The notes: a model not told the origin generated them from the letters alone. A stretch of 64,000 nt of DNA from Candidatus Poribacteria bacterium (GCA_965202725.1 OZ241845.1:665437-729436); one strand, 5' to 3'; positions 30,312 through 39,893 are shown, counted from the first letter of the stretch. A program made the numbers and translations.

Positions 30312-30951
30312 CTAACAGGTTATGCTACGAAGGATGCACGGGCTCCTAATAGGCTCCGCTGCGAAGGAGGCACAGCCTAACAGGTTCGGCTACAAAGTGT
30401 TTAGGGCGGACGCAAAGCTAGTAGACTGCTCTGGAGAGGGCCAGGGAGCAGAGAACGACGATTGTGTCCAGTTAACTGACGGTTGAATCTGCGGGGGGGG
30501 GGGGTAATAACGCATAGTTAATAATATCGATACGCGAACGAAAAGCACCAAGAAGTGAATCCGGCACACGGCACAAGAGACACCGCGCATCGTTTCGCTG
30601 CTCACTGCTTTTACTGCAAAATTAACAACTCGGTTAGCCATCGCTGTTCGCTGTCCTTAACGCGTTTGCCTCCGCTTGCGGGGGTTGTTCCTCTCCCCCT
30701 GCTTGCGGGGGGTCGGGAGGGGCCTATGTTTACGGAAAGCTTGCTTTCAGGTTAATATCAATTAAGACGGACGCAATTCTGAACATGGTCCCCCGGCTCT
30801 GTGAGATAGCGTTCTGTGAAAAAATACAAGCACTCGGGTGGCACAACCTAACAGGTTATGCTACAAAAGAGCAGGCTCTGGGAAGGCGTTGATGTCCGTG
30901 GCGAAGCGCTCAGGGCACAACCTAACAGGTTATGCTACAAAAGAGCAGGCT
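30312..30951. repeat. dispersed repeat copies (reverse orientation of the TGTAGCATA..CCTGTTAGG family), including a 36-bp direct repeat x2; plus GC-hairpin element at 30695-30712
   Basis: ctaacaggttatgctacg at 30312-30329. cacagcctaacaggttcggctacaaa at 30371-30396. cacaacctaacaggttatgctacaaaagagcaggct at 30842-30877 and 30916-30951. ccccctgcttgcgggggg hairpin. Confidence 0.6.
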
Positions 30952-31084
30952 GCGCAAATCCTAATAAAGTATACACTATCTGAACCCTAAATGTCAAATA
31001 TTTTTTTTGACTTTAAACATGTATAATACCTTAAACACGCTTAACTCGTCAACGCTTTTTGTCATATTTTTACGCAAAAGAGCG

Positions 31085-31113
31085 TTGACCCATAAATAGA
31101 TGCGTGCTAACAT
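31085..31113 (+). promoter_or_regulatory. candidate sigma70 promoter (TTGACC-17-TAACAT) with very short leader for the udk-like gene
   Basis: -35 TTGACC at 31085-31090, -10 TAACAT at 31108-31113, and ATG at 31122. Confidence 0.3.
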
Positions 31114-31121
31114 AGAAGATT

Positions 31122-31775
31122 ATGAAAAAAGAAGAACATTTTACACCGATCACCCTTGGAATCATGGGCGGTTCCGCCTCCGGAAAGACAACGTTCGCCA
31201 CTGCTTTGGAAGAACAACTCTCGGAATTCTCGCCCGTCATACTAAACCAAGACGCTTATTTTCGTAACTGGTCGGAGTACGCGGAAGCGGAACGCGAGCG
31301 AGTGATCACCGCAAATCACCCGGATGCCGTCTTATGGGATGCCCTGATTACAGACATTAAAAAACTTCGCGATCGCAATACTATTGAAATACCGACCCCT
31401 GGGACGCGTGCTTCACAACGTGGCGACGAAAAATCGAAGGTTCAACCGAGCGATGTCATTATTGTAGAGGGACATCTGATTTTCTGGCGTAAAGACCTAC
31501 GCGACTTGATGGACATCAAAGTGTTTCTCGAGGTAGATGCCCATGAGCGCGTTCTCCGACGCATGCTCCGTGATGTCGCCCAACGCGGTGGCGACTTAGA
31601 GTGGGCTATCAACTGGTACCGCCGCGATGTCATCCCGAATTTTCCTGTCTATACGGAACCTTGCAAACAGTACGCCGACCTAATTATCCCTTTTCAAGAT
31701 GAAAATCCTGTTGCCTTACAGACGCTTGTTGCAAGCATCCAAGCCCGGATCCGAGAAAACATCCTATCCTCTTAA
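31122..31775 (+). CDS. uridine kinase / phosphoribulokinase-family P-loop kinase
   Basis: ITLGIMGGSASGKTTFA P-loop followed by ILNQDAYF (the D-x-Y of the PRK/uridine kinase family). Confidence 0.65.
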   Translation: MKKEEHFTPITLGIMGGSASGKTTFATALEEQLSEFSPVILNQDAYFRNWSEYAEAERERVITANHPDAVLWDALITDIKKLRDRNTIEIPTPGTRASQRGDEKSKVQPSDVIIVEGHLIFWRKDLRDLMDIKVFLEVDAHERVLRRMLRDVAQRGGDLEWAINWYRRDVIPNFPVYTEPCKQYADLIIPFQDENPVALQTLVASIQARIRENILSS

Positions 31776-32001
31776 TGCCACCCTGGAATGCAGAAAACTC
31801 GCGTGATCCGCGTGCCTCATTCATTGAAGCTATTTTGACATCTCGATAATGCCACAGTGGCAAAGGTGATGTCAAAATGGCAAATTTATATTTCCCTATT
31901 TTTCTGCAAATTCCTCTATATAGATTCCTCTCTGTGGTAACAACGAAAGGTCCACCCGTACACGGCGGTTTGAGCGCTTCCCCAAAGCGAAAAAATAAGT
32001 T

Positions 32002-32016
32002 TGGCACGCAATTTGC
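32002..32016 (+). promoter_or_regulatory. sigma54 (RpoN) -24/-12 promoter consensus TGGCACG-N4-TTGCT upstream of tandem hsp20 genes
   Basis: tTGGCACGcaatTTGCTt with GG at 32003-32004 and GC at 32015-32016 (12-nt spacing), about 105 nt upstream of the hsp20 ATG 32123. Confidence 0.45.
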
Positions 32017-32122
32017 TTATATACAGGCAGAGGGGCAAAATAGCTTTAGATTGCCTCGGAAAAGATTGGCATGGAACTTGCATATAACATTATAGACAAA
32101 CAAAATTCAAAAGGAGAAAAAA

Positions 32123-32578
32123 ATGAATTACCTAAGAACTCGCAGACCGATGCAAAATCTGTTTGGTCTTCACAATGAAATGGGACGTGTTTTTGGCGAT
32201 CTCTTCTCTTCACAGGACAGCGAAACGGATACAGAAGAAACCACCTATTGGATTCCCACGGTGGATATTTCTGAAACTGAGCGCAATTTTGAGATCCGCG
32301 CAGAACTCCCAGGGGTTTCGAAAAACGATGTTAACATCTCGGTAACCGATAACCGGCTGACTGTCAAAGGTGAAAAACGGCAGGAATCGGAAACGGAAGG
32401 TAAAAATTATCACCGTGTGGAGAGGCGGTATGGCAGCTTCCAGAGAAGTTTTACGTTGCCGAGGAACGTTGAAACCGCTAATATCAAAGCAGGATACACG
32501 GACGGTGTGTTGACCCTAACGATTCCGAAGGCAGAAGAAGCAAAACCGACTGAAATCCCGATCGCAGCCAATTCTTAA
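32123..32578 (+). CDS. Hsp20/alpha-crystallin family small heat-shock protein
   Basis: Alpha-crystallin domain: IPTVDISETERNFEIRAELPGV...LTVKGEKRQE...YHRVERRYGSFQRSFTLP...GVLTLTIPK. Confidence 0.85.
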   Translation: MNYLRTRRPMQNLFGLHNEMGRVFGDLFSSQDSETDTEETTYWIPTVDISETERNFEIRAELPGVSKNDVNISVTDNRLTVKGEKRQESETEGKNYHRVERRYGSFQRSFTLPRNVETANIKAGYTDGVLTLTIPKAEEAKPTEIPIAANS

Positions 32579-32680
32579 ATCAGTTATATGGGCATGCCTC
32601 GTCTGCTGAATCGCAGACGGGGCTGCCCAAAATATAAGAAATCACAAGGCACAATGCCTTCAGACAAAAGGAGAATGAAA

Positions 32681-33112
32681 ATGACCTATTTGACCTTACA
32701 CCGACGGACAAGCAATCCGTTTAGATTTTACAGCCCATTTTTTCCACCAACACGACGCGCAAACACCGACGTGGACACCCACAAATGGACCCCTTCAGTT
32801 GATATTTCCGAAACAGACACCGACTTTAAAGTCCGCGCCGAACTACCGGGAGTGGCAAAGGATAATTTCCATGTATCTGTCAAGGATAGCGTTTTAACAC
32901 TTACCGGCGAAAAACGGCAAGAGACAGTGGATGACACGCATAATTACAGCCGCGTCGAACGGCGTTATGGCAGTTTTCAACGGAATTTCAGGATCCCGGC
33001 GGAAGTAGAGACGGACGCGATCAAAGCCGTATACAACGACGGTGTGTTGACACTCTCTATTCCGAAACCAGAAGCGGTAAGACCTGCTGAAATTCCGATC
33101 ACAACAACGTAA
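32681..33112 (+). CDS. Hsp20/alpha-crystallin family small heat-shock protein (tandem paralog)
   Basis: TPSVDISETDTDFKVRAELPGV...LTLTGEKRQE...YSRVERRYGSFQRNFRIP...GVLTLSIPK. Start chosen at ATG 32681, with AAGGAG 7 nt upstream. The ORF is open from 32588. Confidence 0.8.
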   Translation: MTYLTLHRRTSNPFRFYSPFFPPTRRANTDVDTHKWTPSVDISETDTDFKVRAELPGVAKDNFHVSVKDSVLTLTGEKRQETVDDTHNYSRVERRYGSFQRNFRIPAEVETDAIKAVYNDGVLTLSIPKPEAVRPAEIPITTT

Positions 33113-33189
33113 ATCTTCCGCAAAAACCGAGCAAAAAGGCTGGCACATCAACCTGCCAGCCTTCTCCTTTTGTCTATAGTGTAAGTGTC

Positions 33190-33834
33190 CTACGCCTCGC
33201 CTTTGTCTTTTAGAACACCGATATAGAGAAATGCTGCGAGGATTGCACCTACACAGGGGCCTACAAAGTAGAGCCACATATCGGCATAATTGCCACTGAT
33301 AAGGGCAGGTCCGAGCGTCCGCGCTGGATTGAGAGAGGCCCGCGTTAAGGGACCACCCATCAAGATGCAAAACATGAGTGTGAATCCGATAGCGAGTCCG
33401 GCGAAGTTCGGGGTTTTTCTACTGACAGCCGTATTGAAAATTGCATTGACGAGGAAGAAGGTGAGTATGATTTCAACAATGAGTCCTTGGCCTACGCCGA
33501 CGTTTTCACTTAAAATTGTTACGCCGAGATCGCTTGGATTCGGGAGTAAGACGTTAAGCAGAACCGCCCCCAAAATTCCGCCAAGGAATTGGACGATCCA
33601 GTATCCGATGGCTGCAACGAATCGGATTTCTCCGGCTATCAATAAGCCCAGGGTCACGGCTGGGTTGATGTGTGTACCGGAGATATGACCATACGCATAA
33701 ATAAGCCCCACAACGACTAAGCTGTGAGCAAGTCCAACTTCTAATAAACTGCCACCAACTGCCAACGCACCTGCCCCAATAAAGATGAGCGTGAAAGTGC
33801 CGATAAATTCAGCGACTAAACTCTTCGTATTCAT
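33190..33834 (-). CDS. aquaporin / MIP-family channel
   Basis: Two NPA boxes (SGTHINPAVT and ASLNPART) and six hydrophobic segments. Start at internal Met MNTKSLVAEFIGTF (33834) with AAGGGGA upstream. The ORF is open to 33906. Confidence 0.85.
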   Translation of the reverse strand: MNTKSLVAEFIGTFTLIFIGAGALAVGGSLLEVGLAHSLVVVGLIYAYGHISGTHINPAVTLGLLIAGEIRFVAAIGYWIVQFLGGILGAVLLNVLLPNPSDLGVTILSENVGVGQGLIVEIILTFFLVNAIFNTAVSRKTPNFAGLAIGFTLMFCILMGGPLTRASLNPARTLGPALISGNYADMWLYFVGPCVGAILAAFLYIGVLKDKGEA

Positions 33835-34239
33835 GAAATTCCCCTTGATCATAAAACGAAACAATATGATATCACTGTTTCCTCGCGCCCTTCCCCAACT
33901 TTCCAAGCTCCCCCTTTTCTATCTAAATTGTGCAGTACACAATTTGTTTTATCTTTACGTTCTTTTGACAAAATATTTACACACCCATTATCAGCTTTCA
34001 GTCGCCTGTCGGTGGTCAGCAAGATAAGGATTGACAGTCCTTGATAGACCTGCTATATTAATTTCCAATTCTTTAGAGTAGATTATGCCTTGTCAACTAT
34101 GGTAAACCTTAGCATTAATGTGACACTATGGATTCAACTCACCCCTTAACTCCCTCTATCTGGGGGAATTTGGAACCTTATCCACTGGAAAGTGTTTGTT
34201 TATTTTTCAGGTTTATCATAAACTGAAGGGAGAATTCTC

Positions 34240-34545
34240 ATGAAAAGAGAGATTAGAAGTGATGTTAAAGGGATTGATCGGTTTATTTTTGAAACTGGGG
34301 CGGATCGGGAACAGCTTCATCTCCATATTTCTGAAGTCGGCCCCGGACAACGTGCACATCCACCGCATACACACGATGGACAAGAAATTTTTTACGTATT
34401 TTCTGGGGACGGTGAGGTACTATTTGGCGCAGAGAGACATCACATCAAAAACAATGAAGCAGTCCAGGTTGATTGCCAAGTTTTACATGGGATACGGAAT
34501 GTGGGTGAGACACCTCTCCGTTACGCCGTGATCATTGCCAAGTAA
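34240..34545 (+). CDS. cupin-domain protein
   Basis: HPPHTHDGQEIFYVFSGDG...LHGIRNVG two-motif cupin signature. Confidence 0.6.
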   Translation: MKREIRSDVKGIDRFIFETGADREQLHLHISEVGPGQRAHPPHTHDGQEIFYVFSGDGEVLFGAERHHIKNNEAVQVDCQVLHGIRNVGETPLRYAVIIAK

Positions 34546-34560
34546 CAGAAAAAGTTTCTG

Positions 34561-34998
34561 CTACTCTGATGCGTCTTCCGCTAATTGCTCCCTACATAAA
34601 TGATAGATGCCGTAAGCGCCTGCAGCAATCAGGAGGATTCCGACACCTGCTAACCCGCGCCGTACCCACACCGGTTGTAAAACGGCTGGTAAATTAAGAG
34701 TCGTCCAGCGCGGTTGCAGTAATTTTGACATGGCGATACTGAAATAGAGCACCCCGTAAGCGATGAGACCAATATCGCTTGCGAACGCCTGCTTTCGCGG
34801 CGTGACCGGCATTTTAAAAGGGTTAATAAGGTAATCCCCCGAAAAAACCAAAGTGAGTCCCACTACCAGAAAAGTGGAGAGTATCACGCCCGGATAACCT
34901 GAATGTCGGAGCATGACCAATAAGCAGATGCTGATGCTTCCGAGTATAAGACTCGTCGCGCCTTGTAGAATTTGATAATTTCTGTTCTGCGAAGCCAC
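34561..34998 (-). CDS. integral membrane protein of unknown function (4 predicted TM)
   Basis: Four hydrophobic stretches. No family motif recognised. Confidence 0.4.
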   Translation of the reverse strand: MASQNRNYQILQGATSLILGSISICLLVMLRHSGYPGVILSTFLVVGLTLVFSGDYLINPFKMPVTPRKQAFASDIGLIAYGVLYFSIAMSKLLQPRWTTLNLPAVLQPVWVRRGLAGVGILLIAAGAYGIYHLCREQLAEDASE

Positions 34999-35265
34999 TT
35001 CCGACCTTCCTATTCAAACCGGACCCGGGGATCGACTAAAGTACAACTGATGTCCGTCAAGAGCAGGCTCACGTAGTGCTGATTGACTGCCTCAAGAAAT
35101 ACGGGTTGTTGGCGAAACCACAACCGATGCAAAAAACAGTTAGCATGAAGCGTGTGCAATATTGGCATGAGAATTTTGGTAATTTGCTTCTCATCAATTT
35201 TCTTTCGATGGAGGAGTTCCCACTTTCAATTCACCATCTGGTAAAAGAGGAACAGAAGAGTCAGG

Positions 35266-36216
35266 CTAAAACGCATAAAGGATGCTTAAGGATACCAAAG
35301 GACCGAATTCAAAGGCATCCTTCTCTTCATATACACCGCCTAACAACGCATCACTATCGTTATAGAGCGTCTCTTGGGTCAAGGGAAACATCAGTGCCAC
35401 AGATAGTGGAATATTATAGGGCGTTAAAATCGAAGCGCCCACAGATGCCATGCTGAACCGAAGTCCAGAGTTGATGTCGAGTTCCCCTGCCCAATAGGCA
35501 TAGGATTGATAGAAACTGAGGTAACTCGTATGGAGTGAAAACCAATCGTTAAGACGATAGTTTAGCCCGGCTGTGTAGGCAATCTCTCTGGATCCGCGAT
35601 ACGTCTTGCTATTTTCATACAACGGGAGTTTCCCTCGGAGACTTGCATTGCCACCCAACCCTTTGTAGAGCGGAAAACTATAATGCAGATCAGCGATTGG
35701 ATTAAATGTGCCAGTGCCGAATTGGATATGAAGATGTTCAAGGCCAGCGTCCCCTAATTTCCACGGATCTGCTTCAGTCTTTCCAAAGGGAACGGTTGTT
35801 CCGATACGCCCCATTAAGAAATCGTTTTCCATCAAGAAGTCTGTCGTACGGTATCCGAGCAAAATGTCTGTGTCTGTGGGGCCTGTGTAGGTTTCATTTC
35901 GATGGTGGTTATCCCGATTACTGACAATTGCTTCGCGTTCCGCCTGTGAAACCGGCTCAATCTCCTCAATAGTTGCCTCTTGGACTTTGGCTTCGTAAGG
36001 GATATTCGCTTCGATCGTCCAGTGTGGGTTGAATTGGTATTGCAACCCAACATCAACGCGATAAATATTGAGTGTAACGTGGTGTCGATGTAGCGGGACG
36101 TTTATTACCTTTTCATCAGGCGAAATCCCTTTCCTCTCTAAATGGCCACCTTGTGCGTCGAACCATCGCATCATACTGACAGTTCCCTGGAATCGTTTCA
36201 TCTTTTCTGAAGCCAA
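35266..36216 (-). CDS. putative outer-membrane beta-barrel protein; apparent signal peptide is encoded upstream in-frame but separated by two TGA codons
   Basis: C-terminal ...FEFGPLVSLSILYAF (alternating hydrophobics, terminal aromatic). No signal peptide within the ORF. An in-frame upstream mini-ORF 36274..36351 encodes MMTRTLLLLICFQFILLPLGFTQES. Confidence 0.45.
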   Translation of the reverse strand: MASEKMKRFQGTVSMMRWFDAQGGHLERKGISPDEKVINVPLHRHHVTLNIYRVDVGLQYQFNPHWTIEANIPYEAKVQEATIEEIEPVSQAEREAIVSNRDNHHRNETYTGPTDTDILLGYRTTDFLMENDFLMGRIGTTVPFGKTEADPWKLGDAGLEHLHIQFGTGTFNPIADLHYSFPLYKGLGGNASLRGKLPLYENSKTYRGSREIAYTAGLNYRLNDWFSLHTSYLSFYQSYAYWAGELDINSGLRFSMASVGASILTPYNIPLSVALMFPLTQETLYNDSDALLGGVYEEKDAFEFGPLVSLSILYAF

Positions 36217-36273
36217 ACTGACTTCACTTAACCGAATTCCGCTACGCGGAATTGCAGGGTTGCTTCACGCCCC

Positions 36274-36351
36274 TCAGCTTTCTTGCGTGAAACCGAGAGG
36301 TAGCAAGATAAATTGGAAGCAGATCAATAGCAAAAGAGTCCGTGTCATCAT
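36274..36351 (-). other. 25-aa signal-peptide-like mini-ORF, ATGA-overlapping the AKR gene stop and in frame with the downstream OMP ORF (interrupted by TGA...TGA)
   Basis: Reverse-complement of 36217-36351 reads ATGATGACACGG...CAAGAAAGCTGAGGGGCGTGAAGC... in the same frame as the codon at 36216. Confidence 0.35.
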
Positions 36352-37298
36352 AGGGGGTCTCCGTCTGTTTCCAAGTTGAGCCACTGGAGTTCGGCATCAG
36401 AGAGTTCCAGTGCCATGGCTCCGAGCGAGGAGTCCAATTCTGCTAAAGTTAGCGGACCGACAACCGGCAAAACCGGGAAAGAAAGATTTAGGCAATATAC
36501 AAGGGACACTTGAATAGGGGAGTAACCGGATTTTGTGCTTAATGTTTTCGCACGTTTTAGTCTTTTAAAGTTATCGTCGTTGTAATAGACGCGCACCATC
36601 TCTCTATTGTCGCGGTTCTCCGGTGTAAATGCGCCGCTGAAGAAACCGCGCGCCTGTGAGGACCAGGGCATCAACGGGAATTGGCTCTCTATATGCCATT
36701 TGCGTGCGGCATCATCTACGCAGACACAGCCTGCCCACATCGGTTCCATCGGAACTGCGAGGCTGATGTTATTGCTACAAGCCACAAACCCCGCGAGTCC
36801 ATTTTCGGCAGCATAGGTGTTAGCACTAACGATGCGTTGCGGTTCCCAGTTAGAAGCGGCAATGGCACGGATACGTCCTGCCCCTATCTCTTCATTGAGA
36901 TAATCGATAATTGTGCTAACCGGGATCACTGGGTCATCACGATGGAGCATGTAGAGGTCAATCGCGTCTGTGCGGAGCCGAGCGATACTCTCATCCAGAT
37001 CGGCTTTGAGTTCTTCGGGGGAAAGACGTGGACGTGGCACTCTACCTTGTGGGTGCCCACCTTTATCAATGAGGAATACTTCGTCGCGGTTGTTGCGTTG
37101 GCGCATCCAGAGTCCGATGAGCATTTCGCTATCGCCACCGCCATAGCCGTGTGCGGTGTCGAGTGCGTTTCCACCGGCTTCAAAAAACGCGTCGAGCATT
37201 TCGACGCTGTAGTCAAATTTCAGAGGCGAAAACATCATGGTACCCAGAATCAGTTGTGAAATCTCTTTGTTGACTCCATGAATTTTTATTTTTTTCAT
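36348..37298 (-). CDS. aldo/keto reductase family oxidoreductase
   Basis: LDTAHGYGGGDSE and IDLYMLHRDD AKR motifs. Confidence 0.8.
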   Translation of the reverse strand: MKKIKIHGVNKEISQLILGTMMFSPLKFDYSVEMLDAFFEAGGNALDTAHGYGGGDSEMLIGLWMRQRNNRDEVFLIDKGGHPQGRVPRPRLSPEELKADLDESIARLRTDAIDLYMLHRDDPVIPVSTIIDYLNEEIGAGRIRAIAASNWEPQRIVSANTYAAENGLAGFVACSNNISLAVPMEPMWAGCVCVDDAARKWHIESQFPLMPWSSQARGFFSGAFTPENRDNREMVRVYYNDDNFKRLKRAKTLSTKSGYSPIQVSLVYCLNLSFPVLPVVGPLTLAELDSSLGAMALELSDAELQWLNLETDGDPL

Positions 37299-37501
37299 TC
37301 CAAACAGTTCCCTTTTTTAGCTGAGCATTCGGGTCGAGCCCTTCGTGATTAGGCTCTTGCGTGAATACGAAAGAATTATAGCACACCTTCAATCCAAAAT
37401 CCAAAAGAAAACGCGTTCGTATACATAAGGCAAATGCCACAAATTAAAAGTTTGTGCGACAAGCGATCCGAGGGCCAGGTGTTTTCACTGAGGGTGTTGT
37501 A

Positions 37502-38383
37502 TTAGCTCCAACACCCTTCTGTGTATGCTTCACGATTGAATAACTTCTGACGGAACGGTGTCGCGTTCGCCATCCATTCATCCGGGATCTCTTGGGTGTA
37601 GCGGTGAGGTGGCCCGGCTTCCTTGAAAATGTCGATGGCGAAAATGCGGTAAGGCTGCAGAGAATCCATCGGTTTCCCCTCAACTGCATGGAAAATACGA
37701 GCATTGATGTAAACCATACTTCCGGGTGGCAGCTCAAGCCTCTTTTCTTCCAATTTGCGTCCTATTTCGGGGTCGAAGTCACCTGCAAGCATCCGTTCTG
37801 GGGTTGCTTCTTTCGTCGGTGTGATCTTATGGCTGCCCGGTATCACTTTCAGGTTCCGATCGCCACGTGTGAAACCGTTGGGATAATAAAGAATTTGGAT
37901 ATAGTAGTTATCGCGTTCGGCGAGATTAAGAGGATTCTCATGTTTCCAGTGATGGTGGTCTTGATGGTATCCAAGCGGCCCGACCCCACGGGGAGCAATA
38001 TTCAGAGCAGAATGGCAGAAGTGGTATGCCTCGCCGATAGTGGCGTGTATCAGTGTCGTGATAAAGGGATCATCGATGAGCCGGTCGCTGTATTCGCCGC
38101 GATCGTTCCATGGACGAATGAAATAGGGGTCCCGTTGGTCATCGCTATTATTCAACGCTTCAAGGTACTGATGCACAGGTTCAAAACGTTGCGTGATCTC
38201 TTCAATCAACCCTTCTCGGCCGTCATCCGTGAATACGTCTGGATAGACGATGTAGCCGTCATTATGAAAAGCGTCAATATTCGCTTGTGAAGGCGAGGAT
38301 AATCGGAAAAGTGAATCGAGCTTGGAAGCATTTTTCATAGTTGCAGAATCTCCATATAATTCGCAGTGGCTTTTTAATTTCAC
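37502..38383 (-). CDS. phytanoyl-CoA dioxygenase (PhyH) family Fe(II)/2OG oxygenase
   Basis: GYHQDHHHW (H-x-D facial triad region), VIPGSH, and the overall PhyH pattern. ATGA overlap with the upstream sulfatase stop. Confidence 0.7.
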   Translation of the reverse strand: MKLKSHCELYGDSATMKNASKLDSLFRLSSPSQANIDAFHNDGYIVYPDVFTDDGREGLIEEITQRFEPVHQYLEALNNSDDQRDPYFIRPWNDRGEYSDRLIDDPFITTLIHATIGEAYHFCHSALNIAPRGVGPLGYHQDHHHWKHENPLNLAERDNYYIQILYYPNGFTRGDRNLKVIPGSHKITPTKEATPERMLAGDFDPEIGRKLEEKRLELPPGSMVYINARIFHAVEGKPMDSLQPYRIFAIDIFKEAGPPHRYTQEIPDEWMANATPFRQKLFNREAYTEGCWS

Positions 38384-39852
38384 ATCCGGCTGTGCCCCTC
38401 TTCCTCAAACTTCTGCAGCAGTGCTGTTAGTCTTCCCACAATCTCTGGATACGTTTCCCACACATTGTTTGTTTCCGTCGGATCATCATAAATATGATAG
38501 AGTTGCCCTGGCGTATCAGGATTGGGTCCGCCGTCACGGGGTGGAGGCCATCCCCCAGAACCTTGCGTTCCTAAAATGAGTTTCCAATCGCCGTGTCGGA
38601 TAGAAAAAACGCCGGTGCTGGCGTGATGCACGATAGCGGAGCGTAACGGTTGCTCTGTCTGCTCGCCTAACAGCGTGGGTAAGATATTACAACTATCCTG
38701 CCCGGCCGTTTCAGGAACTTCTCTTCCGACAATAGCGGCGCATGTCGCCATCAGGTCGGTGAGGCAAGTCAGGGCGTCGGTCTCAGTATTCGGTGCGACC
38801 ACACCGGGCCAGCGTGCAATCAGCGGTTCACGGTGCCCACCCTCCCAGATATGTGCTTTGTAGCCGCGCCAGTCACCGCAAGATTTATGGTCGTAGAGAT
38901 GATAGGGCATGGGACTGTTATCCCCTTGAATCCGATCGCCGGGCAGTGCTCCGTTATCGCTTGTAACAAAAATGAGTGTGTCGTCTGTTTTACCAGTGCG
39001 TTCCAATGCATCCATGACTTCACCGACCATCCAATCGACAAGCCAGACGAGGTCGCCGCGAGGGCCAGCCCAGCTTTTACCGCGCGCAAAGTCAGGCACA
39101 ACTGCTTCCGTACACGGTTCGTGCGGTGCTGAGGGGGTGAGATATAAGAAAAAGGGAGCATCGGCTTCGGCTTGTCCTTCAATATATTCGACGGCTTTCT
39201 GTGCGATAATAGGGTCGGCATCCTTGTGCTCCCATCCTGGGACCATCATGCCGCGGCGACTCGTAAATTCTGCCACTTCATGATAGGTGCTTGGAATTTC
39301 GACAAAGGCATCGTTCTCAATAAAACCGTAAGGGGGTTGGCACGTCGGACAACCGGCGTTTCCATAGAAGTAGTCAAACCCAATAGCAACAGGCCCCCCG
39401 GTGAGGGGTGCGGTAAAGTCTATGTGTTCCTCCAACTCGCGTTCAGCGTTTGACCAAGGGAGCGGGGCATTGAAGTCAAAATCGTAGCCGGGGACTGTTG
39501 AGAATTCGAGTCCTAAATGCCATTTACCGACACAGGCGGTGTTGTAGCCAGACGCTTTCAGGAGCCCAGCGACCGTCAGGCGTTCGCGTTCAATAAGGGG
39601 TGGTTCGTATCCGTAAAGCACACCGTGTTTCAGGCGGCTCCGCCAGCAGTAGCGGCCGGTGATGACTCCGTACCGCGTAGGTGTGCAGACAGCGGAGGGG
39701 GAATGGGCATCGGTGAAGCGGATTCCTTCTTGCGCGAGCTTATCCATGTTCGGGGTCGGAATCTTTGAATCTGGGTTATAGCAACCGACATCGCCGTATC
39801 CCATATCGTCTGCCATGATGAAAACAATATTGGGCAAGTTACGTGTATGCAT
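38380..39852 (-). CDS. arylsulfatase-family sulfatase (canonical FGly motif)
   Basis: IVFIMADDMGYGDVGCYN, and CTPTRYGVITGRY (C-x-P-x-R plus TG). Confidence 0.85.
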   Translation of the reverse strand: MHTRNLPNIVFIMADDMGYGDVGCYNPDSKIPTPNMDKLAQEGIRFTDAHSPSAVCTPTRYGVITGRYCWRSRLKHGVLYGYEPPLIERERLTVAGLLKASGYNTACVGKWHLGLEFSTVPGYDFDFNAPLPWSNAERELEEHIDFTAPLTGGPVAIGFDYFYGNAGCPTCQPPYGFIENDAFVEIPSTYHEVAEFTSRRGMMVPGWEHKDADPIIAQKAVEYIEGQAEADAPFFLYLTPSAPHEPCTEAVVPDFARGKSWAGPRGDLVWLVDWMVGEVMDALERTGKTDDTLIFVTSDNGALPGDRIQGDNSPMPYHLYDHKSCGDWRGYKAHIWEGGHREPLIARWPGVVAPNTETDALTCLTDLMATCAAIVGREVPETAGQDSCNILPTLLGEQTEQPLRSAIVHHASTGVFSIRHGDWKLILGTQGSGGWPPPRDGGPNPDTPGQLYHIYDDPTETNNVWETYPEIVGRLTALLQKFEEEGHSRM

Positions 39853-39893
39853 TGCAGGTTCCTGATGGGCGTTGTGGTGACGAGGTATCGCGC

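Noticed and set aside
36274-36279. TGA codons as selenocysteine in the OMP gene
   Set aside because: No obvious SECIS-like stem-loop immediately downstream was recognised by eye, and an OMP is an unlikely selenoprotein. Kept only as a low-probability alternative inside the split-gene finding.
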